DNA from: an uncultured Gemmataceae bacterium
GTDB lineage: Bacteria > Planctomycetota > Planctomycetia > Gemmatales > Gemmataceae
Direction: 5' to 3'
DNA length: 64,000 nt
Assembly: GCA_963750165.1 (NCBI GenBank)
Contig: CAVVPN010000011.1
Coordinates: 1,568,001-1,632,000 of the forward strand
In this document: positions 30,192 to 41,165 of the stretch, piece by piece
Position numbering within the stretch: position 1 is the stretch's first letter
Layout of the letters: the number at the start of each line of letters is the position of its first letter
Program-made: the position numbers and the translations under genes
Notes under the pieces: generated by a model
Seen by the model: only the letters and a program-made list of their open reading frames with translations
Told to the model about the DNA's origin: nothing
The model's database searches: none

Positions 30192-30425
30192 CCTGCGCTG
30201 TCGCAGCAAGGGGGCCAAGGGGGCCAAGGGGGCCAACTTTTTCACACGTCGAGATTCGGCGCCCTGGCCGCGTGGGAGTGGCACGGCGCGACCACCAGCG
30301 GCGGCGGTTGCCACAGCAAGGACGCCAAGAACGCCAAGAACGCCAACTTTTTCATACGTCGAGATGCGCCGCCTGGCAGCGCCGGCCTGCCGTTTGTGGG
30401 CCCCGCCACTGCGAACCGCGCCAGG
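30192..30425 (-). repeat. ~240-bp structured dispersed repeat, copy 2 (inverted relative to 23400-23637)
   Basis: Reverse complement aligns end to end with copy 1, with the same 110-bp period. One microrepeat array has changed to TTGGCGTTC-like units. Confidence 0.88.
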
Positions 30426-30443
30426 TAGAACATTCTCCACCTG

Positions 30444-30734
30444 TCAGGGAGTTGCCCTGATGGAGTCGCGGTAGGCGACGACCAGTCCTTCCATTTCGGC
30501 AATAGGGGAGGCCGCAGGCGTGGCCGAAAGGATGTCAGCGATCTGGTTCAGAAGCGGTAACACACCGTTCTTGAACGGGTCGTAAACGGCGGCGGATACG
30601 CCCTGCCGGTCATCCCAGCCACGGCGCTCAAGATCCCTGAAGAGGGATCGAAGAACGAAGGTAGCAATGCTCGGCTCGGCGGTGTACCAGTCGTCGCAAT
30701 GCGCGATGGTTTCCCGGAGCGTATCCGAAACCAT
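30444..30734 (-). CDS. Hypothetical protein (lower-GC insert)
   Basis: 96-aa ORF with AAGGGGAG RBS; no recognised motif. Confidence 0.5.
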   Translation of the reverse strand: MVSDTLRETIAHCDDWYTAEPSIATFVLRSLFRDLERRGWDDRQGVSAAVYDPFKNGVLPLLNQIADILSATPAASPIAEMEGLVVAYRDSIRATP

Positions 30735-31015
30735 GCTCCCCTTACCGAGAAGCTATTTCAGTTTGTTCGCTGGCATCGACTCCCACCCCAAAGTCGCGGA
30801 TCGTGAAAACCGACCGAAAGTTCTCGATCCGTTCGGCCTGGAAAAGCTCTTCGGCGCCTTGCAGGCGGTCTACCAGCGCGAGGACCAACTTGGCGGCCTG
30901 ACGATAGTGATTTCGCAGGCGCTCGGATCGCGCGGAGTCTGACCCGCCATTGCGGGCAGGCGCCGGTTTGCTTACGATGCTGTTTTGGTCCCGTAACCCT
31001 GGCGGCAGTCAGCGC

Positions 31016-32011
31016 ATGGACAGCCTCACCTTTCTCGAAAAGCCGATCAAGGGCAAGCCCCTGCCGCTCTACGTCGTCGCCGGCGACGAGGACTTCCTCA
31101 AGCGCCAGGTCCTCGCCAAAATCCGCCGCTGGGTGCTCGGCGACGCGGACGACGACTTCAGCTCCGCCACCTACGCTGGCGACCGGGCCAGCTTCGCGGA
31201 CGTGTTCGACGATCTGCAAACGTTGCCGTTCTTCGGCGAACGGCGGTTGGTGGTCGTCGAGCGTGCCGACCCATTCGTGACGAAAGCGCGGCCGCAGCTG
31301 GAAAAGGCGGTCGCCAAGCTGCCGCCGAGCGGTGTGCTGGTGCTGGAGGTGAAGTCCTGGCCGAAAACGACGAAGCTGGCCAAACTGGTGGACGCCGCCG
31401 CGACCCTTGAGTGCAAGGCACCCGCGGCGCATCGGCTGCCGCCGTGGTGCGTGGCGTGGATGGCGGGCCAGTACGGCAAACAGCTGACCAATCCGGCGGC
31501 GCAGCTGCTGGTCGATCTGGTCGGCGGCGATATGGGGCTGCTCGACCAGGAGCTGGTCAAGTTGAGCATTTATGTCGGCGACCGTAAGCGGGTGGACGTG
31601 GACGACGTGGACCGGCTGGTGGGCCGCAGTCGGGGCGAGAACACCTGGAAGATTTTTGACGCCATCGCGGAGGGCAAGCCGGGCGTGGCGCTGAGCATCG
31701 TGGACCGGCTGTTCGACCAGGGCGAGGAACCGCTGCGGTTGCTGGGGGCGTTCAGCATGCAACTGCGGCGGCTGGCGCAGGCGGCCCGGCTGTATCAGCA
31801 GGGCAAACCGCTCGGCGCGGCACTGGAACTGGCGGGCGTGGCGCCGTTCGCGGCCCGCGGGGCGGAGCAGCAACTCAAGCACCTCGGCCGTCGCCGGCTG
31901 GAAAAGCTCTACGACTGGCTGCTGGAAGTGGACCTCGGCATCAAGGGCAACAGCCAGCTACCGCCGCGAACGCTCATCGAACGCCTGGTGGTCAACCTGG
32001 CCCGGAAGTAG
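31016..32011 (+). CDS. holA: DNA polymerase III delta subunit
   Basis: LYVVAGDEDFLK, TLPFFGERRLVVV, DQELVKLSIY, DLGIKG. Confidence 0.92.
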   Translation: MDSLTFLEKPIKGKPLPLYVVAGDEDFLKRQVLAKIRRWVLGDADDDFSSATYAGDRASFADVFDDLQTLPFFGERRLVVVERADPFVTKARPQLEKAVAKLPPSGVLVLEVKSWPKTTKLAKLVDAAATLECKAPAAHRLPPWCVAWMAGQYGKQLTNPAAQLLVDLVGGDMGLLDQELVKLSIYVGDRKRVDVDDVDRLVGRSRGENTWKIFDAIAEGKPGVALSIVDRLFDQGEEPLRLLGAFSMQLRRLAQAARLYQQGKPLGAALELAGVAPFAARGAEQQLKHLGRRRLEKLYDWLLEVDLGIKGNSQLPPRTLIERLVVNLARK

Positions 32012-32022
32012 AAGAAAACCGT

Positions 32023-33239
32023 TCACGACAGCAGCCAGCCGAGGATGCACGCGGCCACGCCCGCCAGGATCGGGATCAACCAGGGCACCCACTGCAAGCC
32101 GGCGTCCGCCGTCTGTTCCTCGTGGACGGACGGCTCGGTCTCGGCTGGCGTCGGCTTCGACCGGGGCCTGGCGCGAACCGCTTTGGCCCGCGCGGCGCGG
32201 CCGGTTGCCTGGTCAACAGACTGCGAAAGGCCTGCTCGACCTCGGCCATGCCGGCGTAGCGGTCGGATGGCACTTTCTGCATCAGCCGCTCGACAATTGC
32301 CACCAACCGCGCCGGCACCTCGGGCGCGACCTCGCGGAGCAGTTCCGGCTCTTCCATCTGGTGGGCCATCATTTTGCGGACCTTGCTCACCACCGGGAAC
32401 GGCACCTGGCCCGACAGGGCGTAATAGAGCACGCAGCCCAGGCTGTACTGATCGCTCAACGGCGTGCGGTCGCGCGGGTCCAGCAGGCTCTCGGGGCTGG
32501 CCCAGTCCAAACCGCTGGCCAGCTGACCCAGGCTGGTCATCGTGTCCAGGGTCGAGTCTTCGCGGCTGAGCGTGAGCAGGAAACCGATGCCCAGATCCTT
32601 GATGACGACCTTGTGGCCGGGCTCGATGTGCAGGTCGGCGGCCTTGAGCAGGCCGTGGCACAGCCCCGCCCGGTGGCAGGCGTCCAGGGCGTACGCCGTC
32701 TGAACGGCGTAATGCACCACCTGCCTGGGCGACAGCTTGCCCTTCTCCTGAACCAGTTGTTCCAACGTCTTGCCCTTCGTTGGCTGCGGCCAGACCAGGT
32801 AGGCACGCTCGTCCACCGTGTCGGCGCAGGCGATCGGCACCACCGCCGGGTGGCGGAAGTCCGAGAAGCGGCGCATCATTTGCGCCAGGCGCGGCGTGCC
32901 GGCCCGGGTGCCGCGCGACAGGATCTTGATCAGGTACGGCCTGCCGTCGCTCTGGCCGCGGGCCTGGAACACCGGGCCGGCGTAGCCGGAGCCGGCGTTG
33001 TCGCGCAGCACGAACGGCGGCAGTCGCAGAATGTTCGCGGTGCCGGCCAGGATGTGCTCGGCCTGGAAGCGCGTCAGGATGTCCTGCTCCAGCGCGAAGT
33101 CGATCAACCGCTGCGGCGCGGCAGCGGGATGCTCCTGAACGAACTGGCGGCACTGCGCCAACTCGCCGGCACTCAGCAGCCGGAAACTGCGCAAACTGTC
33201 AACAAGGTCGGTGGTGCTGGCAAACGCGGAAACGGCCAT
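32023..33239 (-). CDS. Hanks-type Ser/Thr kinase-like protein, probable pseudokinase; C-terminal TM after an apparent frameshift
   Basis: YLIK, HGLLKAADL (HRD lost), KDLGIG, WASPE, SDQYSLGC. TM WVPWLIPILAGVAACILGWLLS lies in the adjacent frame. Confidence 0.82.
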
Positions 33240-33632
33240 CGGTTACCTCGGGAACAGCAGGTACAGGTTCGGTCCCAGTCCGGCGCTTGGGTGCGCATGT
33301 CCTTGCGGTCCCCGTCGGGCGGAGGAGCGAAGTCCTACCCTGAGTCATCGCGGTAGTCGGGGCGGTCATTCCTTGAGCAGCGGGAGCGCCAGCAACGTGA
33401 GGCAAGTGGCTCCCCAGCCGAGGGCTAACCCAATCCACCCTTCAATGGTCATTCACCGTAGTGTAGGTCACAAACGCCGCGGGTGCTGGAGCAGGATAGG
33501 AAAAGTGAGCAGACCTTGCGGTCCCCTTCCAGAGCGCCAGGCTCGGAACGCCTGGTCAAGGGGTTGCATGTCCGCCTGCCCTCCGGCGATAATCCACCTG
33601 AATGAACCGGGTGGACAATGTGGGAGGGGTCG

Positions 33633-35924
33633 ATGCACGTGATGCTATTCTCGTGCCTGGTGCTGCTGGCGCCGGCGCAGGACAAGAAAACCGATGACCC
33701 GGTCGTGAACGGCAAGACCGTCGCGCAGTGGATCGCCGAGTTGAAGAACGCCGACGAGAAGCGGCGCGTGACGGCGGTCAGCGCCCTCGGTCGCTTCGGG
33801 CCCGACGCCAAGGCGGCCCTGCCCGCGCTGTGCGACCGGCTCAAGGACACCTCCGCGCGCGTGCGCCTGGCAGCGGTCAACGCCCTGGCCGAGGTCGCCA
33901 CGCCCGCCGACGCCAAGGTAGTGCTGCCGGCCCTGGCCGGGGCGTTCAAGGACGCAAAGGTCGGTGTGCTGGCTGCCGTCCTGCACTACCGGCTGCATCC
34001 CAAAGGTAAGGAAGGGCTTGCGGAACTGGACCGGCTGTTGCAGGACAAGAAAGCCAGCGTTCGCCTGGAAGCTGTGGGCGGCCTGGCCCTCACCGGGCTG
34101 ACCGACCTGGCGACGATGGATCGGATGCTCCGCGCCACCAAGGATCCGGACGTGCGGGTGCGGGCGCGGGCGGCGGAGTCTCTGGGGCAGGTGCCGCTGA
34201 CGCGGGCGGTGGCGGTCGTGCCGGTGCTGCGCGGGTTGCTCAAGGATCCCCGCCCAGAGGTGCGCGAGGCGGCGGTAGGAGCACTGGGGCCGTTCACCCT
34301 GAGCCGCGCGGGCGCCGCGGCAGTGGCGGGTCTGCGGCAGGCACTGGCCGACCCCGAACCCCTCATCCGCCTGGCCGCGGCGCAACGCCTGCTCAACGAA
34401 TTCCCAACGCCCGCCTGGGCGGCCCTGCCCGAACTGCGGAAGCTCCTCGACGACCAATTTCCCCTCGTCCGGCTGGCGGCGGCGCAGGCCCTCTGGCAAA
34501 TCGATCTGGACCCGGCGGCGCTGCCGGTGCTGCATGCATCCCTGGCCGCCAGCAACGCGCAGGTGCGGGCGGCAGCCGTGCAGATGGTTGGCGAACTCGA
34601 CCTGGACGCCCTGTCGTTCGTGCCGCTACTGGCGAAACTGGTGGCTGGCAAGGATGAACTGATGCGGCGGGCGGCGCTGAGCACGGTCGCGGACCTGGGC
34701 AGCGTGGCCGGGGACGCGCTGCCCGCCCTGCGGCCGTTGCTCAAGAACAAGGACGCCGCCACGCGCCTTCTGGCAGTCCGGGCCGTGGCCGCCCTGGGGC
34801 CGGAGGCGGCGCCCACGCTGGAGGACGTGCGGCCGTTGCTCGAGGACAATGATTCCCGCGTGCGCGGCTATGCCCTGCTGACGCTGTGGCGCGTCACCCG
34901 CAAGGTAGCGGAGGTGCGGCCCTTCCTGACGGCTGCGATGAAGGACGACCCTGCGCTGGTCCTGACGGTTGTTGGGGAGATGGGGTCGCAGGGCAAGGAG
35001 TTCGCGCCGCTGCTGCGGCCGCTGTTGAAGCACGAGCCGGCGTCGCTGCGGCTGGCGGTGGCGGGCCTACTGTGGCGGCTGGAGAAGGACGCAGGCCCGC
35101 TGCTGGCGCAGTGCCGGGAGCTGTTTCCGAAGGACGATCTGGCGAGCAACCGGGGTCTGTTGCGCACGGCGGTCGGCCTGCTCCGCGACCTGGGGCCGCA
35201 GGCCAGGGAGGCGCTGCCGCTGCTGCGGGCCGCCGTCCGCGACGCGGACGCATCGGTGCGGCTGCGGGCGGTGTACGCGCTCGGTGCTGACCCGAAAGCG
35301 CCGGCGGCGGTGGTCGCGGACCTGATGCGCGTGGCCGAGCAGGACGAGCTTGATTTCCTCCGCGAGGAGGCCGTGGTCATGCTGGGTCGGCTGGGCAAAG
35401 GCGCCGCCGCTGCCGTGCCCTTGCTGCAGAAGGCGCTGAAGGACGAAAACGCCCGCGTACGCTGCAACGCGGCCTTCGCGTTGTGGGAGGTCACCGGCAC
35501 AGCGAAGGAGCCGCTGCCGGTGCTGCAAGGGCTGCTCCAGCATCCGGACCGGGCGGTGCGCTCCGGGGCGGTCACGGCGCTGGGCAACATGGGCACGACG
35601 GCCAAACCCGCGGCGGGGGCCCTGCGCGAACGGCTGAAGGACGAACGGTTATACATCCGCCTGGAGGCGGCGTACAGTCTGGCGCGGGTCGATGCCGGGG
35701 CGTTGCCGGCGGCGCTGAAGGTGTTGACCGACGGGCTGCGGGCCGAGGCGGCTGGCGACCGCATCCTGGCGGCGCGGCTGCTGGGCGAACTGGGCCCCGC
35801 GGCCCGGACGGCGGCGACCGCGCTGCGCAAACTGACGGAGGATGAGGTGCGCTTCGTGCGGGAGGCGGCCCGGGCGGCATTGGCGAAGGTCGAGGCCGAG
35901 ACGAAGAAGCCGCCGAAGCAATAA
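33633..35924 (+). CDS. Secreted HEAT-repeat protein
   Basis: Signal peptide; many LxDxxxxVRxxAxxALG repeats. Confidence 0.9.
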   Translation: MHVMLFSCLVLLAPAQDKKTDDPVVNGKTVAQWIAELKNADEKRRVTAVSALGRFGPDAKAALPALCDRLKDTSARVRLAAVNALAEVATPADAKVVLPALAGAFKDAKVGVLAAVLHYRLHPKGKEGLAELDRLLQDKKASVRLEAVGGLALTGLTDLATMDRMLRATKDPDVRVRARAAESLGQVPLTRAVAVVPVLRGLLKDPRPEVREAAVGALGPFTLSRAGAAAVAGLRQALADPEPLIRLAAAQRLLNEFPTPAWAALPELRKLLDDQFPLVRLAAAQALWQIDLDPAALPVLHASLAASNAQVRAAAVQMVGELDLDALSFVPLLAKLVAGKDELMRRAALSTVADLGSVAGDALPALRPLLKNKDAATRLLAVRAVAALGPEAAPTLEDVRPLLEDNDSRVRGYALLTLWRVTRKVAEVRPFLTAAMKDDPALVLTVVGEMGSQGKEFAPLLRPLLKHEPASLRLAVAGLLWRLEKDAGPLLAQCRELFPKDDLASNRGLLRTAVGLLRDLGPQAREALPLLRAAVRDADASVRLRAVYALGADPKAPAAVVADLMRVAEQDELDFLREEAVVMLGRLGKGAAAAVPLLQKALKDENARVRCNAAFALWEVTGTAKEPLPVLQGLLQHPDRAVRSGAVTALGNMGTTAKPAAGALRERLKDERLYIRLEAAYSLARVDAGALPAALKVLTDGLRAEAAGDRILAARLLGELGPAARTAATALRKLTEDEVRFVREAARAALAKVEAETKKPPKQ

Positions 35925-35944
35925 CAAGTCCTGACGGAACGAGG

Positions 35945-36010
35945 CGCGCGGCGCGGCGCCAGCCCGCCGGTCCAGCCCAGCACCGGCGGGCTGACGCCGC
36001 GGCGCTCGCC
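35945..36010. repeat. REP-like hairpin between convergent genes
   Basis: CGGCGCCAGCCCGCCGG...CCGGCGGGCTGACGCCG inverted pair. Confidence 0.65.
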
Positions 36011-36066
36011 AAACGCCTCCTTCCGCCACCATTCCTGACGACCGGAGCTTGCCAGAATCATTCCCG

Positions 36067-37825
36067 CTACCGTGGCGGGCACGGCCCCAGCTGATCCAGC
36101 GCCGGGATCGGTGCCACTGGAAACTCCTCGCCCGAGGCGAACAGGTCCGGCGTCTGCAACAGGTTGGCGATGTCCGTTGCCGCTTGCCACTGGTCGCGCA
36201 GCACGCCCAGGTACGTCTGCACCGCCGTCACCAGCGTCTGCTCCGTCGTCACCAGATCGTTGTAGTTGATGTTCGCCCTGGCCAGGTCCGCCTCACCGGA
36301 GGCGAGGTAAACCTGGCCCAAACCGCGGAACGCCAGCACCTGATTCGGCAGCACATCGTCGCGGTACAGCGCCAGCAACCGGAGGTTGTTGTTGTAGCGC
36401 TCGAAGGCGTTCGCCAGCTGGATGGCCAGGTCGTTGCGCACCCGCTGCTCCTCCTGGTACGCCCGGGCCAGCTGCCTGCGCCTGCAGGATGTTGCCCTGG
36501 TTGCGATCCCAGATGGGCAGGGGGCCACCCACCACGACGCTCGTAATGGCGTGGTACGGCGGCGTCGTGAAGTCCTTTTGCACCAGGACGCGCACATCCA
36601 CGTCCGGGATCGGCTGCACCTGCGCCAGCTGCAAGCTCTTCTGCGCCTGCAGGACCAGCAGGCGCGCGTTGAGGATGTCCGAGTGCTGGGCGAACACCCG
36701 GGCCAGCACTTCCTCGTAACGGAACACCGGCACCGGCCGGTCAATCTGGCCGGCGACCTGCGACAGCGGCATCGTCGGCTGGCTGAGCGCCGCGGCCAGC
36801 TGCTGCCAGGCCGCGATGTGACGGTTCTGTGCCTGGATCACCAGCCCGCGCGTCTGCAGCGCCACCACGCGCAACTGCATCGTTTGATAGGGCGGCGTGA
36901 TCCCGGTCAGCGTCATTTGCAGCAGCACGTTGAACAGGTTGTCCGTCAGCCGCGCCACGCCGTTGGCCACCTGCACATTCTCCCGCGCCCACAGGTAACT
37001 GAAGTAATACTGCCGCACCTGCTTTTGTACTTCCGCCTGGGCCTTGCGCAGGCTCTGCTCCTTCATGCGGATGTCGAAGAACGCCGCCTCCTGCGCCAGC
37101 CGCAGCTTGCCCATCGTCTTGATAACCTGGGAAATGTAAGCGCCCTGGATGCCGGCCGAGGCGTTCTGGTTGGCGGCGTCGCCCTCGTAGGCGAAGGTCA
37201 GGTTGGGAGGCAGGCCGACCTGGAGGGCTTTGCCACGGGCGCTCTCGATGTCCGCGACCGCCAGCCGCAGCAGCGGACTTTTCTCCGCGGCGATTTTTTG
37301 CAGGTCGGCCAGGGTGAGCGGTCGGCCGTCCGGCCCGGGCACGCCGAGGGCGACGGGCATTAGCGGCGGCAGTGGCGGGAAGAATTTCTTGAGGGCCGCC
37401 ACGCGCTCCGGCCCTGCGGGGGGCAGTTTGAGGTCGGGCGTCGCGGCCCCGGGGAGCACCGGCGGCATGATTAAATACTTTTCGATCTGCGACACCTTCT
37501 TCGGCTGCGGCCCCTCCGGTATCGGCTGCAGCGCCGCGGCTGGCACCACACCGCCGGCGTCGGTCGCGGCCGCCGGCGTGATCTCCGCGGCATCAACCGG
37601 AGCAGCCGCCTTGCCGGCGTCGGCGGCCAGGTCCGGCGTGGCCGGCTTCGTCAGGTAGGTCGCGTTCGGCGGCAGCTGGAAGCGGCCGGCGTCAATGTCG
37701 ATGTCCCTGGAACTGCGAATGTCCAGCGGCCGGCTCAGTTCCTCCGCCATCGGTGAGCAGCAGCCGCTGAGCAACAGCAACCCGAACACGCCGAGCAACC
37801 GTGAGCAGCGAGTGCGCAGGGACAT
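36067..37825 (-). CDS. TolC-family outer membrane efflux lipoprotein (frameshift ~36465)
   Basis: Lipobox LLSGCC; LTLADLQKIAAEKSP, GLPPN, PLPIWDRNQGNILQAQA. C-terminus continues in the ORF ending at 36067. Confidence 0.85.
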
Positions 37826-38041
37826 ATGGCCGCCTTTCGTCCAGCACCGATGGTCTGCGGGCCGTCTGGCGCATGGCATCTTTGTTATCGGCAGAACCGG
37901 CACAGGCGGTACAGTTTTCCTGCGCGGGCGGCTCTCTTTTGAGAGTGGACGATTTTCGCTATAGTGCCGAAGCGGGCGACGTGCGCCGGCGGCGCAGCTT
38001 GAGGCCTTTTCTGCCGCTTGCGGCAAACCAGACGAGCGGCC

Positions 38042-39547
38042 ATGAAGCGATACCATCCCACCCCTGACGAGTTCGCGGCGCTGGCCCAGCAGCACAGCCT
38101 GGTGCCGGTCTACCGCCAGTTGACCGGCGACACGCTGACGCCCGTCAGCGCCTTCTGCAAGATCCAGGAGGGCGACTGGGCGTTCCTGTTCGAGAGCGTC
38201 GTCGGCGGCGAACGCCACGGCCGCTACAGTTTCCTCGGCGCCGGGCCGTTCCTGCGCTTCCAGGCGTATGGCCCGCGCGTCCGCCTGGAACGGCCGCGGC
38301 CCGACCGCCCCGGCGTCGCGGTCGAGGAGTTCGATCACCCCGACCCGTTGCGCTTCCTCGAAGAACAGCTGGCCGCCCTGCGCACCCCGAACCTGCCTGG
38401 GTTGCCGCGCTTCTCCGGCGGCGCCGTCGGCTACGCCGCCTATGACGCCGTGCGCTACGTCGAGCGTCTGCCGCACGCGCCGCCGGACGACCGCCACCTG
38501 CCGGACCTGTGCTTCGCCTTCTACGACCGCATGGTCATCTTCGACCACATCAACAAGACCATCGCCGCGGTAGCGCACGCCCACATCGATCCGCGCGACC
38601 CACACGCCAGCTACCGCGACGCCTGCCAGCGCGTTGATCGGCTCGTGGAGCGGTTGCAGCAGGGCGTCGCCGATCTGCAACTGACGGACATCGAATGGGT
38701 GGGCGAGCCGACGCTGCCTTACGAGTCGAATTTCGGGCCGGGCCAGTTCGAGGCGGCGGTGGAGAAGTGCAAGGAGTACATCCGGGCCGGCGACATTTTT
38801 CAGGTGGTGCTCAGTCAGCGACTGGTGGCGGAGACCTCGGCGCGGCCGTTCGACGTGTATCGGACACTGCGGGTGGTGAACCCGAGCCCGTTTATGTTCT
38901 ACCTGAAGGCGGGGCCGCTGTGCCTGGTCGGGGCGTCGCCGGAGATCATGGTGCGCGTCGAGGGGGACCGCGTGACGCTGCGACCGCTGGCGGGGACGCG
39001 GCCGCGCGGCCGGACAGAGGAGGAAGACGACCGCCTCGCCGCCGAACTGCTGGCCGACCCGAAGGAGCGCGCCGAGCACATCATGCTGGTGGACCTGGGC
39101 CGCAACGATATGGGCCGCGTGGCCCGTTTCGGCACGGTGCAACTGAGCGACGTGATGAGCGTGGAGCGCTACAGCCACGTGATGCACCTGTGCAGCAACG
39201 TGACGGGCCGGCTGCAACCGGGCAAGACGGCCTTTGACGCCCTGCGCGCGGGGCTGCCGGCGGGCACGCTGAGCGGGGCGCCGAAGGTGCGGGCGATGGA
39301 GATCATTGACGAACTGGAGCCGCACCGGCGTGGACCGTACGGCGGAGCAGTCGGCTACATTGATTACAGCGGCAACATGGACACGTGCATCGCCCTGCGG
39401 ACGCTGGTGTTGCACGGCCAGAAGGTGTACTTGCAGGCGGGCGCCGGCATCGTCGCCGACAGCGATCCGGCGGCGGAGCGAGAGGAGACGTTGAGCAAGG
39501 CCAAGGGGCTGCTGCGGGCGCTGGAGATCGCCGAGACACAGCTGTGA
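38042..39547 (+). CDS. trpE: Anthranilate synthase component I
   Basis: DTLTPVSA, FLFESV, GDIFQVVLSQR, NPSPFM, PLAGTRPRG, EHIMLVDLGRND, PAGTLSGAPK. Confidence 0.96.
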   Translation: MKRYHPTPDEFAALAQQHSLVPVYRQLTGDTLTPVSAFCKIQEGDWAFLFESVVGGERHGRYSFLGAGPFLRFQAYGPRVRLERPRPDRPGVAVEEFDHPDPLRFLEEQLAALRTPNLPGLPRFSGGAVGYAAYDAVRYVERLPHAPPDDRHLPDLCFAFYDRMVIFDHINKTIAAVAHAHIDPRDPHASYRDACQRVDRLVERLQQGVADLQLTDIEWVGEPTLPYESNFGPGQFEAAVEKCKEYIRAGDIFQVVLSQRLVAETSARPFDVYRTLRVVNPSPFMFYLKAGPLCLVGASPEIMVRVEGDRVTLRPLAGTRPRGRTEEEDDRLAAELLADPKERAEHIMLVDLGRNDMGRVARFGTVQLSDVMSVERYSHVMHLCSNVTGRLQPGKTAFDALRAGLPAGTLSGAPKVRAMEIIDELEPHRRGPYGGAVGYIDYSGNMDTCIALRTLVLHGQKVYLQAGAGIVADSDPAAEREETLSKAKGLLRALEIAETQL

Positions 39548-39622
39548 GGATGAAGGGGTGAAGGGGGTGAAAGACGGTCTTCTTTCACCCCCTCACCCCT
39601 TCACCCACTCACCCCCTCACTC
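39546..39622. repeat. GGGGTGA / TCACCCC short tandem-inverted repeat; similar element at ~49660-49730
   Basis: GAAGGGGTGAAGGGGGTGA ... TCACCCCCTCACCCCTTCACCC at gene ends. Confidence 0.75.
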
Positions 39623-40498
39623 CTACTCCAGCCAGTCCGACGGCGTAGCGGTGGTGCTCTTGGGGTTGGTGACGATCATCCAGGTGGCGGGCGAGACGCC
39701 GGAACTGACGGTGCGGACGCTACGGTCGCCCATGCAGACCACGGCGCCAGTGGCGTTGAACGCCTGCGAGTAGGTCAGGGTGCAGGTGGTCGAGTTGCTG
39801 GGCTGGTACGCCGGGCCGGTGTAGGCCGTGCCGCCGGTGAAGAGGGTGAACGCCGTGGCGAAGTTCGCCGCGGCGCCGGTCCCGTCCGACCACCGCACCA
39901 GGGTCGCGGGACAGGTGCCCCAGCGGCTGGCGAACGTGATGACGTTGGAGGTGCCGGCCGGGTAGAACGACCTGGGGAGGCTGAACGGCAGCGCTGCGGC
40001 CGAGTTCACGCTGACCACGGTGCTGATCGCCGTGGGTCCGCCCGCGGCGTTACTCACCGGGCTCGTGCCGAAGATCAGACTGTTGCCGGCGAAGTTGGTG
40101 ACCGGGTTGCCGGTCGTGGTCGTAGTATCCAGCGGTGACAGGTAGGCCGGGACGACGTTGCCGTAGCCGGCCGAGCCCTGGTTGTAGGTAGTCTCCTGCT
40201 CGACGTACGGCAGCATCTGGAAGAAGATGCTGCGGGTGAGCGTTTCGGTCGTGCCGGCCGTGGTGGTGATGGTGATGCTCTTGGCGTGCTGCGGGATGCG
40301 CGTGTTGTAGGTGCTGGCGAAGTTGTGCATCGCCGTGCCGGTCTGGGCCAGGTTGTTGGTGGTCGTCGTCAGGGCGGCGGCCTCGCGGACCTTCTGGACA
40401 GCGGGCAGAAGCAACCCAATCAAGATGGCGATGATCGCAATCACCACCAGCAGTTCGATCAGCGTGAAGCCAATCCGTTTCGGACTGCGCAGCGTCAT
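39623..40498 (-). CDS. DUF1559 family prepilin-type N-terminal cleavage/methylation protein
   Basis: [39 protein letters not shown]-terminal MGDRSVR. Confidence 0.93.
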   Translation of the reverse strand: MTLRSPKRIGFTLIELLVVIAIIAILIGLLLPAVQKVREAAALTTTTNNLAQTGTAMHNFASTYNTRIPQHAKSITITTTAGTTETLTRSIFFQMLPYVEQETTYNQGSAGYGNVVPAYLSPLDTTTTTGNPVTNFAGNSLIFGTSPVSNAAGGPTAISTVVSVNSAAALPFSLPRSFYPAGTSNVITFASRWGTCPATLVRWSDGTGAAANFATAFTLFTGGTAYTGPAYQPSNSTTCTLTYSQAFNATGAVVCMGDRSVRTVSSGVSPATWMIVTNPKSTTATPSDWLE

Positions 40499-40700
40499 GG
40501 TAACCCCCCTTGAGTGAGAAAGCGAAAAGCGGACGAATGACGCGATACTATACCGCGACATCGTGGTAAGGATTAACAACCGGGTAGCCGGGCGGCCTGC
40601 GACCCACACAATTTGGGAGAGTGATATGAGATTACGGCGTAGGCAGCGGTCCCGTCAACTGAAAAAACAATTAAAATATCGGACGGGTCAAGTCACTCCT

Positions 40701-40750
40701 GTGAGGTCCGCAACGTCTCGAATTCCAGTGAGATCCGCAACGTCTCGAAT
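40701..40750. promoter_or_regulatory. Tandem 23-bp direct repeat (27-bp period) in a divergent intergenic region
   Basis: GTGAGGTCCGCAACGTCTCGAAT and GTGAGATCCGCAACGTCTCGAAT. Confidence 0.6.
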
Positions 40751-40808
40751 GGCGGCCGGGGTGTGCCTTCCGTATACTGGCGCACGAGGTTTTAATCAGG
40801 AGATAACC

Positions 40809-41165
40809 ATGCCAACGACTGACCCCGGCTACCTGATCCGCCGCCTGCAGGACGCCCCGACGGTGCCGTGCCCCTGCGGTCAGAGCACGCGGCCGCTGAC
40901 CCGCGCCGACACGCCGGTCTGCAACCTGCACGTCACCAGCATCACCGATTCGCAGCGCCACTACCACAAGGAATGCACCGAGGTGTATTACGTGCTGGAG
41001 GGCCGCGGTCACATGGAGCTGAACGGCGAGGTCGTGGATGTGGAGCCGGGCACGGTCATCTACATCGAGCCGTACACGCGGCACCGGCTCTGGAGCGCCG
41101 AGGGGGTGCGCATCGTCCTGGTCGGCATGCCGGCCCTGCGGCCGGACGACGAGTATTTCGATTGA
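40809..41165 (+). CDS. Cupin domain protein
   Basis: CPCG, HYHKECTEVYYVLEG, TRHR. Confidence 0.88.
   Translation: MPTTDPGYLIRRLQDAPTVPCPCGQSTRPLTRADTPVCNLHVTSITDSQRHYHKECTEVYYVLEGRGHMELNGEVVDVEPGTVIYIEPYTRHRLWSAEGVRIVLVGMPALRPDDEYFD

Noticed and set aside
33633..35924. HEAT-repeat protein as a novel system
   Set aside because: Such proteins are abundant in Planctomycetes and the context is unremarkable.
36293..39415. 1040-aa ORF
   Set aside because: The N-terminal half is antisense to trpE. The TolC gene starts at 37825.
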